Origin: Octopus vulgaris
Lineage: Eukaryota
DNA length: 64,000 nucleotides
Direction of reading: 5' to 3'
NCBI GenBank assembly: GCA_951406725.2
Contig: OX597835.1
Span: 34,968,001 to 35,032,000 of the forward strand
Positions 11,850 through 25,942 of this stretch are shown in pieces. Below the pieces are notes generated by a model that was not told where the DNA came from, made no database searches, and saw nothing but the letters and a program-made list of their open reading frames with translations. Numbering within the stretch: position 1 is the stretch's first letter; every line of letters begins with the position of its first letter. The position numbers and the translations under genes were made by a program.

Positions 11850-12066
11850 CGTGCGTGTGTGTGTACGTTTGTGTGTCTGTGTTTCACCCCCAACATCGCT
11901 TGACAACCGATGCTGGTGTGTTTACGTCCCTGTAACTTAGCGGTTCGGCAAAAGAGACCGATAGAATAAGTACTAGGCTTACAAAGAATAAGTCCCGCGG
12001 TCGATTTGCTCGACTAATGGCGGTGCTCCAGCATGGCCGCAGTCAAATGACTGAAACAAGTAAAAA
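11566..12066 (+). mobile_element. SINE family B, full length
   Basis: Head, (TA)n(TG)n spacer and tail as in the other copies. Confidence 0.92.
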
Positions 12067-12611
12067 CGAAAAAAGAATATATTTATTCTTTTATTCTCCA
12101 CTCAGCCTCATTTGTATTATAATCAGAAACGATTTCCTTTTTACAATATTTCTCCTGAGGATTTGGGCCACATAATACTTTTAATTCAATAATTATATAT
12201 TTTAATTTGTAATTACCATATTTTCTAGAGTATATTTTATGCTTGATGTTAACTGTAAAAACTGGGGGGGGGTGGGGGTGACGTTTGCAACGGGGTAAAG
12301 CTGATAACAAGCTTGAATTATGAAAGGAAAAAAAATTGTATCAAGAAATGTGACTAAATTGGGTGTGCGACTTATACACGAGTAAATACAGTATATAAAT
12401 GTTGTGTCTCCTTGAAACAGACGTTGGTTACAATTAAATAATAAGCAATAATGTGAAAGTTGTTTTTCCACTCAATATTCGTTATATGTTTGCATGTGTG
12501 TGTGTATATATATATATGTGTATGTACAGACAACACATACAGAATGTAGTCATTTTGACATACCTCGAATCTTATCGGAAACAAAGTACTCGACGCAATA
12601 TATAAGTACAA

Positions 12612-12643
<32 letters not shown>

Positions 12644-12675
12644 TCACACAGACATATTCATACATTCACACACGC

Positions 12676-12706
<31 letters not shown>

Positions 12707-12739
12707 CACATATATTACATACATACGCACTCAGGCACG

Positions 12740-12771
<32 letters not shown>

Positions 12772-12809
12772 CACACATATATATTTTAATATTTATTTAT
12801 ATTTATATG

Positions 12810-13345
12810 TGATGATTGCCACTTCTTTACAGAAGAAGGCCAGCTCTTCAATTAATCAATACTGTCATGAGAACTTATATGACTAGCAAGTCCTGTTCTT
12901 GACAAGCAAACCCTACTGCAGATCTTACAAATATTTTTAAGCAGAAAAGTGTTTGGGATTGTAGTTAAATGCTGTCTACGAAGAGCTCGTTTCAAGACAA
13001 ATTGTTCAATTCTTCGAGCTTCAAATGCTTTGCACTTGTTGTAGATCATTTGTTTCCAAACCGATCGATCTTGCCTCATCTGCTCCCAGTCTTCAACTTT
13101 CACATTAAGAGCCTTAACGCTGCTTTTGACAGCATCCCTAACACGTTTCTTAGGTTTATGTCTCCGACGTTTGCCACGCTGCAACTCCCCGTAAAACAAC
13201 TGCTTTGGCTACCTGTCATCCAGCAGCCTAGCAAGGTGCCCAACCCAACGCCCAATCTGATTGCGTATGAGGATCATTTCAATACTGGATGAGTTAGCTT
13301 GCTGAAGAACAACGATGTCTGGTATTAAAGACTTTCATTTGATGT
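12810..13345 (-). mobile_element. RTE (BovB-like) LINE 3' fragment
   Basis: PKQLFYGELQRGKR...W..M.QDRSVW and C-terminal CKICSRVCLSRTGLASH motif (ORF 12852-13199). Confidence 0.85.
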
Positions 13346-13390
13346 CTAGTATTCTTGGATACTAAACATACACACACATACACACACACT

Positions 13391-13442
<52 letters not shown>

Positions 13443-13888
13443 ACAAAAATGGGACAAGAACGCAAAACATCCAGACAGTTAGGTGATACAAAAAAGAGGG
13501 ACAACAAAACATCCAGACAGACGATACAAAGAAAACAAGGACGAGTCAATCGGAGTTTTCTATCCTCAGTCGAGTTCCAGATTATCTTTGCAATTTCAGT
13601 TGGCTATACTCGAGATTGCTCCAATCTGGTCAGCCCCAAGGCAAAACTAAGCTAAGAGCATTATATATATATATATATTTCTCTCTATTTAATGCTTCGG
13701 TTTTTACCGATAAAACATAGTGTTTACCAATTTTAACCCACGCTGGTGGAAAGGGGAGAGCAGAAATTCTTCGCTTGCATATTTTGAATTTGCTAGCACT
13801 GATAGTTCGAGCAGATCTTCAGAAGTGATAAGAAGCCAAAAGGGTATGCTCCCACTTTCAGTGTTCCCAAATCCGAATCAAGGAGTTC

Positions 13889-13940
13889 TGAGCTGACGAA
13901 AGAAATGTCGATTTGACTAATCAAGAAACGTACGTTCTCA
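13889..13940 (+). ncRNA. Degenerate hammerhead-like motif
   Basis: tgag-CTGACGA...GAAA-CGTACG-TT-ctca; stems I and III intact, stem II poor. Confidence 0.4.
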
Positions 13941-14120
13941 AATAACCTTTGCATTTGTGATTTTTTAATGCTTTTACTCCCATACCTTCGTGAGTTGACT
14001 TGAGCAAACACTATATGAGAGAGATTTTCTTTAAGTATTAGAAATAGTTAAAAAAATTTTTTTTTAGCTGCTATTTCTAATGAGTTCAGTATATGGCAAA
14101 GTAATTTATTTTACTAAGCC

Positions 14121-14186
<66 letters not shown>

Positions 14187-14292
14187 CAGACATTTGAAAT
14201 TAACCCCAATGTAATCGGTAAAACTAAGCACGTGTCTGGTTTTATACAGAAAACTGGTGGTTAGTTTTTCAAATTATATTGCTTTTGGAACT

Positions 14293-14367
14293 ATCGTACT
14301 GACGAGTTCTACGGACGAAGGATTACGTAAGTAATTTATTCGTTAATAGACGAAACCGGTAGACGAT
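14293..14367 (+). ncRNA. Type I hammerhead ribozyme, Penelope-type palindromic stem III, extended stem II
   Basis: atcgta-CTGACGA (14299-14305), stem II gt.cta/tagac + gacgaa/ttcgtt + gattac-gtaa-gtaatt, GAAACCGGTA (14352-14361), gacgat. Confidence 0.8.
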
Positions 14368-14589
14368 TAATTCTTGATTTTTATATAGTTTTCATCTGTC
14401 TTGCCCGCCCATTGTTCTGGTGTCCGCTGAATTTTTCTCTAGAGAACATTCTTTCTTTGTAGTTTGATCGTATGTGATCTATTTCTAGCATATGGCTGTC
14501 CACATAGTGGTTTTTAGCCCTAAATATACATATATACATATATATATCATCATCATCATCATCATCATCATCATCGTCATCGTCATTAT

Positions 14590-15095
14590 CAAGATCACTT
14601 CACTGATGCACCCAGTGTTTGGAGTGCCACTTTAGAAGCTTTCGTATTCAACCGTCGCCACTGGTTTCTCGTCTCTGTAATGCGTAGCGGGCTTGCTCTG
14701 TTGTGACCTGTCCAATCCTTGATGTTGTCAAACCATGATTTTTCTCTGTCTGCCTCTCTTTCGACCTCCCTCAAGTGTACCACGAAGAATGGTTTTGGAC
14801 AGGGAGTTGTGACAGGATGCATGACATTACAAGGTAAGCTTTCGTCTTTTATACCTGTGCAAGGAGTGGTTCTTGTCTACCAAGGAAATGTTGACTTGCT
14901 GCCTGACAGTGATGTTCGTTTTGCGAACTGTGTAGTGTGCATGGGAAATGTATTACCCATCTGAAGCAGACGAGCCCAAATGCCTGGATTCTTCGCTCCA
15001 TGTCAACTGTAACCCAGATCTCACACCCAAACAGAAGGATCGAAGTCACCAGGGTCCTGTATAGTCTTAGTTTTGTTGGAAAATTAATGGAATTA
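14590..15095 (-). mobile_element. RTE-clade LINE 3' fragment
   Basis: TKLRLYRTLVTSILLFGCEIW..ERRIQAF and KSWFDNIKDWTG in the minus-strand ORFs. Confidence 0.85.
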
Positions 15096-15293
15096 TTTAG
15101 TATACATATACGCACACACATACACGCACACACATACACACACAGAGACACACACACAGACACGCACACACACACACATGAAATAGTGCCGAAATCATAC
15201 TGAGCCTTGATAATATATCAGTTGATGAAATAAATAGGTTAATTCATATTTGTGTTTTGTTCTTTCCATTAATTGTCGTTAGCGCCCTTCGCC

Positions 15294-15347
<54 letters not shown>

Positions 15348-15518
15348 CGTGTGTGTGAGTGTGTGTGTGTGTGCGTATATACGTGTGTATGTTTGGGTGT
15401 GCTTGCGTGTTGTGTGTGTTGTATGTACGTATCGATAATTATATAACTATGTATGTGTCTGTGTGTGTGTTTATATGTATATATACATGCATGCACACAT
15501 ATATACATATACATGTAC

Positions 15519-15587
<69 letters not shown>

Positions 15588-16283
15588 GATATGTACATAC
15601 ATATATATATATATGTATATGTACTTATATATATATATATGCGTATATAGGTCTATATTTATTTATATATACTACACACACACCCGAAACATACACCCAC
15701 TCACACATACACACACGCACGCACACACTTACATACGCACACTCACATGCACATACTACACACACATACACACATAAATTTATAAGCATACATGCACAAA
15801 CACACAATGCCACAATACGTGTACGATGTTTAGCGCGGGCGTTCTAAGGAAAGGTGAATACAATAATAAAAGAATCAAGAATCACCAAAGAAACACAGAA
15901 TGAATGCTAGTTTGTCTTTGAATAAATGCCACAGTGAACTAAAGGAAAAAGAGAGAAGCGTTCACTTTACAACCTCTATACTGGTTGTTTTCTTTCCGGC
16001 AGGAATTTGGTCTTAAGACTTTTCTTTCAATTTATCAGTAATTCTTTTTCTTTAACGATTTTTTTTTCATTGAAACTTTCAATGCCAACATTTTTCTTGC
16101 TTTCTCTTCCAATTTTTTTCTATTCTTTATTTATTTTGCCAGTTTTTTTTCTCCTTTCTTCTCCTTTCTCACTTCAACGTTTTAAGTATCGTGTTTTTCT
16201 CCCTGTATAATCATTACACATCATTCTCTTCTTTGCTCATCTTTGTTTACATATCTCTATTTTCTCTCCCCCAGCTCTCTTTC

Positions 16284-16882
<599 letters not shown>

Positions 16883-17337
16883 CATTTTCTCCTTCCGTGA
16901 TTTTTCTCTCTTCCTCTCTTTCTCTTTCTCACGTACATTTATTTCTCTTCTTTCTTTCTCCTTCTCTCCCCTTTATTACATCTATTTCTCATTCTTTCCC
17001 TTCCAACTTCGCTCTTGTTATCGCTCTCCAATTTCACACCTCTCATTCCCTCCCCTTCATTTGCTTACACTCTCTCCCACTCCCTCTCTCTTTTGTCACT
17101 CATCTTTCTCCTCCTCTCTTGTAAGTTCTACTATATCATTATGTCTATCTTTCTCCCCCTCTCAACGTCTCCATTTTTGCTAGATCCCTATCATCCATAT
17201 ATATCTCTGACTCTCTGTCCTTTACTGTCTGTCTCTACCAACAGTGCAACATCTCTCTTTATTCCTCTCTCAATCGTTATCACGTTACCCCTCTCACATC
17301 TTTTCTATCGCTTCCTTCATCGATATTTAACATCCTT

Positions 17338-17482
<145 letters not shown>

Positions 17483-17989
17483 GTCTCTCTGTCTGCATGC
17501 GTGCCCTCCTGCCTCTCTGCCTCTCTGTTTCTCTTTCTTACTAAATCCCTCTCTCTCCCTCCCTCATTCTCTTACTATATATTTCTTTTCATATCAGCCT
17601 CTCCTTCTCCCCACTCAACTCTCTATCTCACTTCTCATTTTCTCTCCCCATTTTTTTCATTCACGCTCTCTATCACCTTATTCTCTCTTATTCTCCTCTA
17701 TTTCCACACTTTTCTGTCGCTTTTCTGTCCCTCTCGGTCTCTCTCCCTCTTTCTCCCTTTCCTTCACATTTCTCTTCTTTTCTTTCTTTTTCCTTTACTT
17801 AAAATTTCTTTCTCACTCTCCTACTTACCTTCTCTCCTTCTCTCCTTCACTCCTCTTTCATTTTGTTCTTTTTCTCATTTTTCCTTGAAGTGTTTCTACT
17901 CTACACCTCTCCTCATTCCTCTCCTTCATTCAGCTATTTCATTCATTCGTTCTGTCTTCCTTTCCTTCTTTCTTTCTTTCTTTCTTTTT

Positions 17990-18033
<44 letters not shown>

Positions 18034-18036
18034 TTT

Positions 18037-18077
<41 letters not shown>

Positions 18078-18322
18078 TCTTCTCTTCTTTTCGTCTTTCT
18101 GTTGCTCATTCTTTCATCCTTATTTTTCTTTCCTTCCATGTTTTTCCTACCTCTCCATCTCTCTCTTTCTCTCTTTCCATCCCGCCCCTCTATCAACTCA
18201 TTGCCCCTCTCTCTCTCCCTATCTCTTTCCCCTTAGCCTACCCCTCACTTAATCTTTCTTTCTCCGCTTTCATTCTCCGACTCCAAATTGTTCCCCCTCT
18301 TGTCTCTATCATTCTCTTATCC

Positions 18323-18353
<31 letters not shown>

Positions 18354-18430
18354 ATTGTTTGTCTGTCTCTCTTTATCTGACGCTCCTTTCCTCCTTTCCA
18401 CGGAACTTCCCATCTAACTCTGACTCTTTT

Positions 18431-18462
<32 letters not shown>

Positions 18463-18706
18463 TCGATCTTTCTTTCTTTCTTTATCATCATTATCGCCGT
18501 CGTCGCCGTCGTCGTCGTCATCATCATTATCACCACAATCGTCATCATCATCAATAACATCATCATCATCATCATGGTCGTCGTCGTCGTCATCATCATA
18601 ATCAACATCGTTCTTATCTTCCTCTTTCTCTTTCTCCTTTTCCTCTTCCTCCTCCTCCTCCTCCTGCACCCCTCACTATTATTATTATTGTTATTATTAT
18701 TGTTAC

Positions 18707-18748
<42 letters not shown>

Positions 18749-19317
18749 CATTATTATTATCATTGTTATTATTATTATTATCATTATTAATGTTATTATT
18801 ATCATTATTATTGTTATCATCATCATCATCATCATTATCATTATTATCATTATCATCAATATTGCCATCATCAACAAATCACACCAACCTTACCTTTAAT
18901 CGGCATTCTCTTCACGTGCCGTCCACCTCACTCAACTGATCCCTCCCCCACCCCACCACCACCTACACCGCTCCACACCAACCTCCCCCCCTGTTGTTTT
19001 ACACTTCGTGCAACCGTAGACGAAAACCGTAAGCCCATTAGTCGTCTTATTGAGAGTGGAACTATTGAGAGACCAAAGTGTTTTTGTTGATGCTACATGA
19101 AAAAAAAAAAGAAAACCCAAGAATTATAAAAAAAAGAAATAAGCAAAACAAAGCAACAAAAAGTAAATAAATTTGAGTAAAGAAAAAGAAGTATGGTAGG
19201 GAGGTGGGGATGGCGAAAAAAAGGAAAAAGACGGACAAAAAGAAAAATCAAAGCAACACCAAGATATATATAAGAAAAAAATTGTAAAAATATAAAATAT
19301 AAAATACACACACACGC

Positions 19318-19436
<119 letters not shown>

Positions 19437-19600
19437 AACATATACGCATATATATATATATATACACACATATATATATATATGTAAACATACACGCATA
19501 TATATATGCATATATATCATACATACACATACGTATATACATATAAATATACATAGAAATATATACATTCATATATATGTGTATATATATGTATATATGC

Positions 19601-19683
<83 letters not shown>

Positions 19684-19913
19684 TACACACACACACATAC
19701 ATATGTGAAAAATAAACGAAATAAAAAAGGCTGAAAAGAAAAAAGGAAGTAAATGGAAATAATAAAGAAGAAAGAAGAAAGAAGAGATACAGATCAGAAA
19801 CGAAACAGTTACAGCACAGAACAGAAACACAAGAGAAAAAGAGAAAGCAAAACAGAAAGTGAACGTAAAAACGAAAGCGAAAGTAGTAAATCAAAACAAC
19901 AAAATAATAGAGG

Positions 19914-19990
19914 TTAACCCACAGCTAATATGAATGGAGAAAGAGAGTTCGTCACAAGTGGCCAGTAATTTTCTATGTTACCTCCTTTGC
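19914..19990 (-). CDS. Candidate terminal exon ([24 protein letters not shown]) or 9-nt microexon 19982-19990
   Basis: Acceptor ttgtttccag; phase-1 frame open to TAA; internal donor GAG|gtaaca. Confidence 0.3.
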
Positions 19991-20455
19991 CTGGAAACAA
20001 GTCACGAAATGCGTTTATGTTGCAGCAGAATAAACGAGGGTTTGAACCAACCAATTCATTATATGCCCCTTTTTTTATTATTTTTTTAAATATTTATATT
20101 TTAAATTTTTGTTATGAATTCTTTTTCTTTTTATTTTTGCCTTCTTCTTCTTCTTCTTCTTCTTCTTCTTCTTCTTCTTCTTCTTCTTCTTCTTCTTCTT
20201 CTTCTTCTTCTTCTTCTTCTTCTTCTTCTTCTTCTTCTTCTTCACCCTATTGAGACAATGCAACCCACATCCCTCACATTTTCGAACTCCTACTCCGATT
20301 CTTCCCAATCTAATAACAACAGTTTTTATTATTAATGATAATGATCTTGATAAAATGAAAATGATCATGATAATAATAGTAATAGTAGAACTACAACTAC
20401 ATGAATAACAGCAATAACAATAACGATAACAACAACAACAACAACAATAATAATA

Positions 20456-20561
<106 letters not shown>

Positions 20562-20643
20562 TGATAATAATAATAATAATGATGATAATAATTATAATTC
20601 AAATGATTACAAATAATGGTTTCAAATTTTGGCACAAGGCCGG

Positions 20644-20704
<61 letters not shown>

Positions 20705-20832
20705 ACGATAGTAATGATAATTATAACAATAACAACAATAATAGTTTCTTTCTTTGACTCAAGGGTGACAGGCGAATTGATCCTTTAAGGAAGTGTTCCT
20801 GTAATGTTGAGGATTGCATATAAGCAAGTTTG

Positions 20833-20990
20833 AGGAGTGGCTGTGTGGTAAGTAGCTTGCTTACCAACCACATGGTTCCGGGTTCAGTCCCACTGCGTGG
20901 CACCTTGGGCAAGTGTCTTCTACTATAGCCTCGGGCCGACCAAAGCCTTGTGAGTGGATTTGGTAGACGGAAACTGAAAGAAGGCCCGTC

Positions 20991-21062
<72 letters not shown>

Positions 21063-21222
21063 ATGTGTATGTGTGTGTGTGTGTGTGCGTGTGCGTGTGC
21101 GTGTATGTTGTGTATCTGTGTTTGTCTCCCCAACATCGCTTGACAACCGATGCTACTGTGTTTAGGTCCCTGTAACTTAGCGGTTCGGCGAAAGCGACCG
21201 ATAGAATAAGTACTAGTTACAA
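20833..21222 (+). mobile_element. SINE family B, 3'-truncated
   Basis: Head and middle match the other copies. Confidence 0.9.
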
Positions 21223-21234
21223 AAATTTTACATG

Positions 21235-21650
21235 GATAGGGCCATCATCAAAGTTAGTTGGTATGTCCATCCTCCCGGACGTTTCAATGATTTAACGCGA
21301 GCACACCATCCATCACGGTCCCCCTTGCATGTTCTTAATTCGTCAACATTTGCCATTCCACTCTCCTGAAGCAAATTGTCCACATAGGTTACATATTTTA
21401 TTCCCCCATTAATTCTTACCTCAACAGACAGCCATAAAACCAGCTGACTTACAGGTACTTCTAGGTGTCTGACGCAGCGACAGCAATTCTCATTTTTTTT
21501 GCTGGATCTTTTTAATTACTTTGTATAGATCTTGATAAAGTTGATGACTGCTTAAACGAGCTCCCCATGTAATATTCAGTCATTCTTAATATTCTTCTGT
21601 AGCAGCCGCCTATTTGATTTTCAATGGAAAGTGAAGAGTTTATGGCACTT
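21235..21650 (-). mobile_element. Old RTE/RTEX-like LINE 3' fragment
   Basis: Minus-strand remnants YRRILR, LVLW, TYVDNLLQESG, DRDGW. Confidence 0.55.
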
Positions 21651-21694
21651 TTTGATATTTGATTGTACATTTTATTGTGCGAGAGACTAACAAT

Positions 21695-22251
21695 TATTGT
21701 TCGTGCCAATTTTTAAAGGAAAGTAAAAGGTCAATAAATACTTGCCATTACATTTTTAATCAACCAAATATGAACTATTTTGTTGCACAATGCGTCTCCA
21801 TCTTTCCTTTAAATTGAAAATACCCTCTTCTCAGAATTGAGGTTGTTTCATGGCAAAGAATTGATCAAGGTATCTTTTTACGTCATCCAAGGAATTAATT
21901 TTTTTTACAATTAAGTCTATACCGCAGAGACCTGAATAAGTGGAAATCCGAAGGAGCAATATCTGGTGAATATGGAGGGTGGGATAACACATCCCAGCCG
22001 AGCTGCAACAATTTTTGACTGATTCCCAAAGCATCAAGTGCCGAAAATGAACTTTCTTATCTTCCATTTTAAAGGGTTACAGAATTAACACAGGTTATAG
22101 GAACATAAACCTTTATCCACGTAAAGATAGCTTAAATTGTGCTCTAAATGGAGGTGTAGTCAAATCCTATTTTATGGACTCAACTATGTTCCAAAATAAG
22201 TCGAAAGGTAAATTACTATAAATCGGCACGAACTTTCCGGACAGCCCAATA
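21695..22251 (-). mobile_element. Internally deleted mariner
   Basis: TIR aaatcggcacgaactttccggacagcccaata; N-terminal MEDKKVHFRHLMLWE joined to HPPYSPDIAPSDFHLFRSL. Confidence 0.88.
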
Positions 22252-22663
22252 TTTTTTGTACTCAGAGTGAAAGTAAATATGAAAATCACTCTTAAAGAAA
22301 CATATAATCTTTGTTCTCTTTCCGTTCGGCACACACATTCATGCAACCCGTTTAAGGGTTAAGAAAGGCCCCTGGGCAACTTCCTACTGTGTCCACGTCT
22401 TAAGACGGTGCTGGCCAAAATTCCTCCTGGGCCCAGAATGGGACGATTGGGTGCAGCTGTTTTGACGCAGCTGTTAGGGGGCTGCTGTTTGGATGCAGAG
22501 GGTTTGGCACGGCTGGCTGGACAGTCAGCCTGTTTTGGCAGCAGAACTTTTCGGCGCTGATGACAAACACATCGTTTTTATTCAAATTTTAGTGATGGAG
22601 CCAAGTTTCTTTGTTAGAAAAACAGTTCCTTTTTTACAGGAAGAATTCAAACAAATTAAAAGA

Positions 22664-23135
22664 AGATATGTTTCTTTATTAGCCACACAGGACTGAACAC
22701 AGACGGGACAAATTACAAAGTTGAGCTTTTCTTTTTGGGGAGAAAAAAAAGTGTGGTAGGTTTTCGATCAAAAGATATCGTAAAAAGGAAAAGAAAAAAA
22801 AAACGATCGATAGGGATCGTGTATCACAGAAATATCATGATGTAAAGTGTAAAGGGGGAAACAGATAAGGTTTATCCGTGGAAAGAAAAGCCTACGGAAA
22901 AGACCACGGAAGCCTCGGTCAATAATGTCACATGTTAACACATTTATTTGCAAGTAAGTAACTCTCTGTTTTAAATTTTTTCGGGTTCATAGGATTATGC
23001 TCAAGGTAGCTTCGTCATTCATACGTGCCATCCTTGCAACATTCACCCATCTTTTTTTGAAACATTCGCTAGACAAAACTTGCCTCTCTACCCTCACTTT
23101 CCTTTTCAAGTGATACTTGAAGAAGTTGATGAGTA
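22664..23135 (-). mobile_element. L1/Tx1-clade LINE 3' fragment related to 40014-46030
   Basis: NFFKYHLKRKVRVERQVLSSECFKKRWV remnant plus 3' UTR ending cctgtgtggctaataaagaaacatatct. Confidence 0.9.
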
Positions 23136-23250
23136 ACATAATTTTATACATACATACATACATACATACATACATACATACATACATACATACATACATT
23201 CATACATACATACATACATACATACATACATACATACATACATACATACA

Positions 23251-23593
23251 TCAAAGAAAAAGTGGATATCTATGGACAACTGCTTCGAAACCGCCAGATT
23301 CTATGGCCAGACTATGAATCCATATTCATACCAATAATAATTGGAGCACGCGGTTTTGTTAGTAAATGCTTAAAGGAGAATTTTGATAAACTGGGATTTT
23401 CAGAAAGAGAAATTGACCGGCTGATTCGTACATTAAAAGCGCAATTTCTGAGTGGAACAGTAAAAATGTGCAAGACTTTTCTTAAGTTCCAAATGTGAAT
23501 TTGTCTAATTTAACTACGTCCCAAAGACGGAGCCTTGTATCTTTGTTGGAAACCAGCTCACTCCTCAGTGGAAGATTTATAATAATAAAAAAA
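23251..23593 (+). mobile_element. R4/Dong-like (restriction-like endonuclease) non-LTR retrotransposon 3' fragment
   Basis: EKVDIYGQLLRN..FIPIIIGARG..GTVKMCKTFLKF* resembles the RLE C-terminus; short UTR ending taataataaaaaaa; 5' junction abuts (CATA)n. Confidence 0.7.
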
Positions 23594-23772
23594 TAGAAGT
23601 GACATACATATATACATACGCGCATATGTGCGTATATGTATATGCACACATACATCCATACATAAAAATCACTGATATATACATCCAAACATCGTTTTAT
23701 ACACACATATTCCTCAGCAGATTAATACATTCATACGTACACACTTACATACATATGTGTGTATATAAGTAC

Positions 23773-24343
23773 GATAAACGTCGCCCTTTTCAAGCCTAGC
23801 CAGACTCATGGGCCCGGTTTCCCGGTTTCTGCGTATGTGTTCCCCGCAGCTGGACGGGACGCCAGTCCATCGCAGCGTTACTCAAAAAACAGGAAGAGAG
23901 AGAGAGAGTGAGAGAAAGTTGTGGCGAAAGAGTACAACAGGAGTCACCACCGGCCCCTGCCGGAGCCTCGTGGAGCTTTTAGGTGTTTTTGCGCAATAAG
24001 CACACACAACATCCGGTCTGGGAATCGAAACCGTGATCCTCCCACAGCGAGTCCGCTGCCCTAACCACTGAGCCATTGCACCTCCACTAAATAAATGCGC
24101 CCTTTTAAAGCCTAGCCGGGATCATGGGCCCGGTTTCCCGGTTTCTATGGCGTATGTGTTCCCCAGCTGGACGGGATGCCAGTCCATCCCAGCGTTTCTC
24201 ATTTTTGTCAGCTGAGTGGACTGGAGCAACGTGAAATGAAGTGTTTTGCTCAAGAACACAACGCGTTGCTCCGTCCAGGAATCGAAACCACAATCTTACG
24301 ATCATGATGCTGACACCCTAACCACTAAGCCACGCGCCTCCAC
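23773..24343 (-). mobile_element. Composite of SINE D (24088-24343) and SINE C (23773-24087) within one TSD
   Basis: Two tRNA heads with the same tail (gatggactggc.tcccgtccagctg...aaaagggcg); gtatataagtac at 23761-23772 and 24344-24355. Confidence 0.85.
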
Positions 24344-24853
24344 GTATATAAGTACACTTAGACACAAATACATAAGCACACACGCGTACGTACGTAACGT
24401 TCGTACGTACACCTCGGCTTACCTACATGTATATACTGAGTGTTTCTTTGTCTTCTTTCTCGTTCTTCCTGTCCTTTTAGCTCGTTATTCTTTAATACTT
24501 TCCAGTATTTCCTGTTTTGTTCGCCAATTTCACAAAATGTCAAATCCAAATAAGTTTAAAAAGACAAAAATAAACAGAAAGATAAATAGAGAAATAAATA
24601 TACGAAAGTAAAACATTGTCTCTCTAAAATGGCCGTTTGCATATGTTTTCTGTCGTTCCCCATTCGACGGCGAAAACATTGATGCTTAAATGGTGTGTGT
24701 GTGTGTGTGTGTGTGTGTTTGTGTGTGTATAAATGGCGGCGAAAACCTTGATGCTTAAGTGGTGTGTATGTGCATATAAGTATGTATCGGTATGTGTATA
24801 TGCATACATACATGCCCGCACACATACATACATACATACATACATACATACAT

Positions 24854-24901
<48 letters not shown>

Positions 24902-25420
24902 GCACACACACATATATATGATATATATATATGTCACACACATACGCATATATATATACAATTTCTAAATATGTGTGTATAGAATGATGTTTAGAGGTAT
25001 ATATCAGTGATTTTTATGTATGGATGTATGTGTGCATATACATATACGTACATATGCGCGTATGTATATATGTATGTCACTTCTATTTTTATGGGACTGT
25101 CGCATTGAGTTGACGGTATACGACCTATATATACATTTATAGATACATGTATGTATATATATGTACATACACACACTCACACGTATACATTTATATAAAT
25201 GTTTGTTAATTTTTTTCTATTTTTCGCTATTTTTTCTTCTTAAGCATCTTTCCGGCGTCCTTACATTTTCCCCACTTTTTTATATTTTACTGATAAAGGA
25301 CTAGCGTCCTAAACGTGATGGCTCTTTCCTTTCAGTTTAAGCATTAAACTGATACAGAATTTGTTAAAACGTATTTCGCCCTTCTCGAACCACACACACA
25401 CACACACACACACGAGAGAG

Positions 25421-25507
<87 letters not shown>

Positions 25508-25571
25508 AAACGAAAAAAGGGCACTCAGCAAATTTATTGGGACTTACATGTAATGGATCAATATATATATT

Positions 25572-25925
25572 GGAGTGGCTGTGTGGTAAGTAGCTTGCTT
25601 ACCTACCACATGGTTCCGAGTTCAGTCCCACTGCGTGGCACCTTGGGCAAGTGTCTTCTACTATAGCCTCGGGCCGACCAAAGCCTTGAAGAATTTTTAG
25701 TCGAATGAATTGACCCCAGTACATAGTTTTTCCTTTTTTTTTAGGCCTGGCACTTATTCTATCGGTCTCTTTTACCGAACCGCTATGTTACAGGAACCTA
25801 AACACACGAACAGCGGTTATCACGTGGTAGTGGGACGGACACACACACAGATATATACATACATATATGACGGGGTTCTTTCAGTTTCCGTCCACCAAAT
25901 CTTCTTACCACATAACCACGCCTAT
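25572..25925. mobile_element. Rearranged SINE B fragments (plus head, then minus body)
   Basis: ggagtggctgtgtgg at 25572; minus-strand cttattctatcggtctc and tcagtttccgtc. Confidence 0.75.
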
Positions 25926-25942
25926 GTATGTATGTATCTTAT

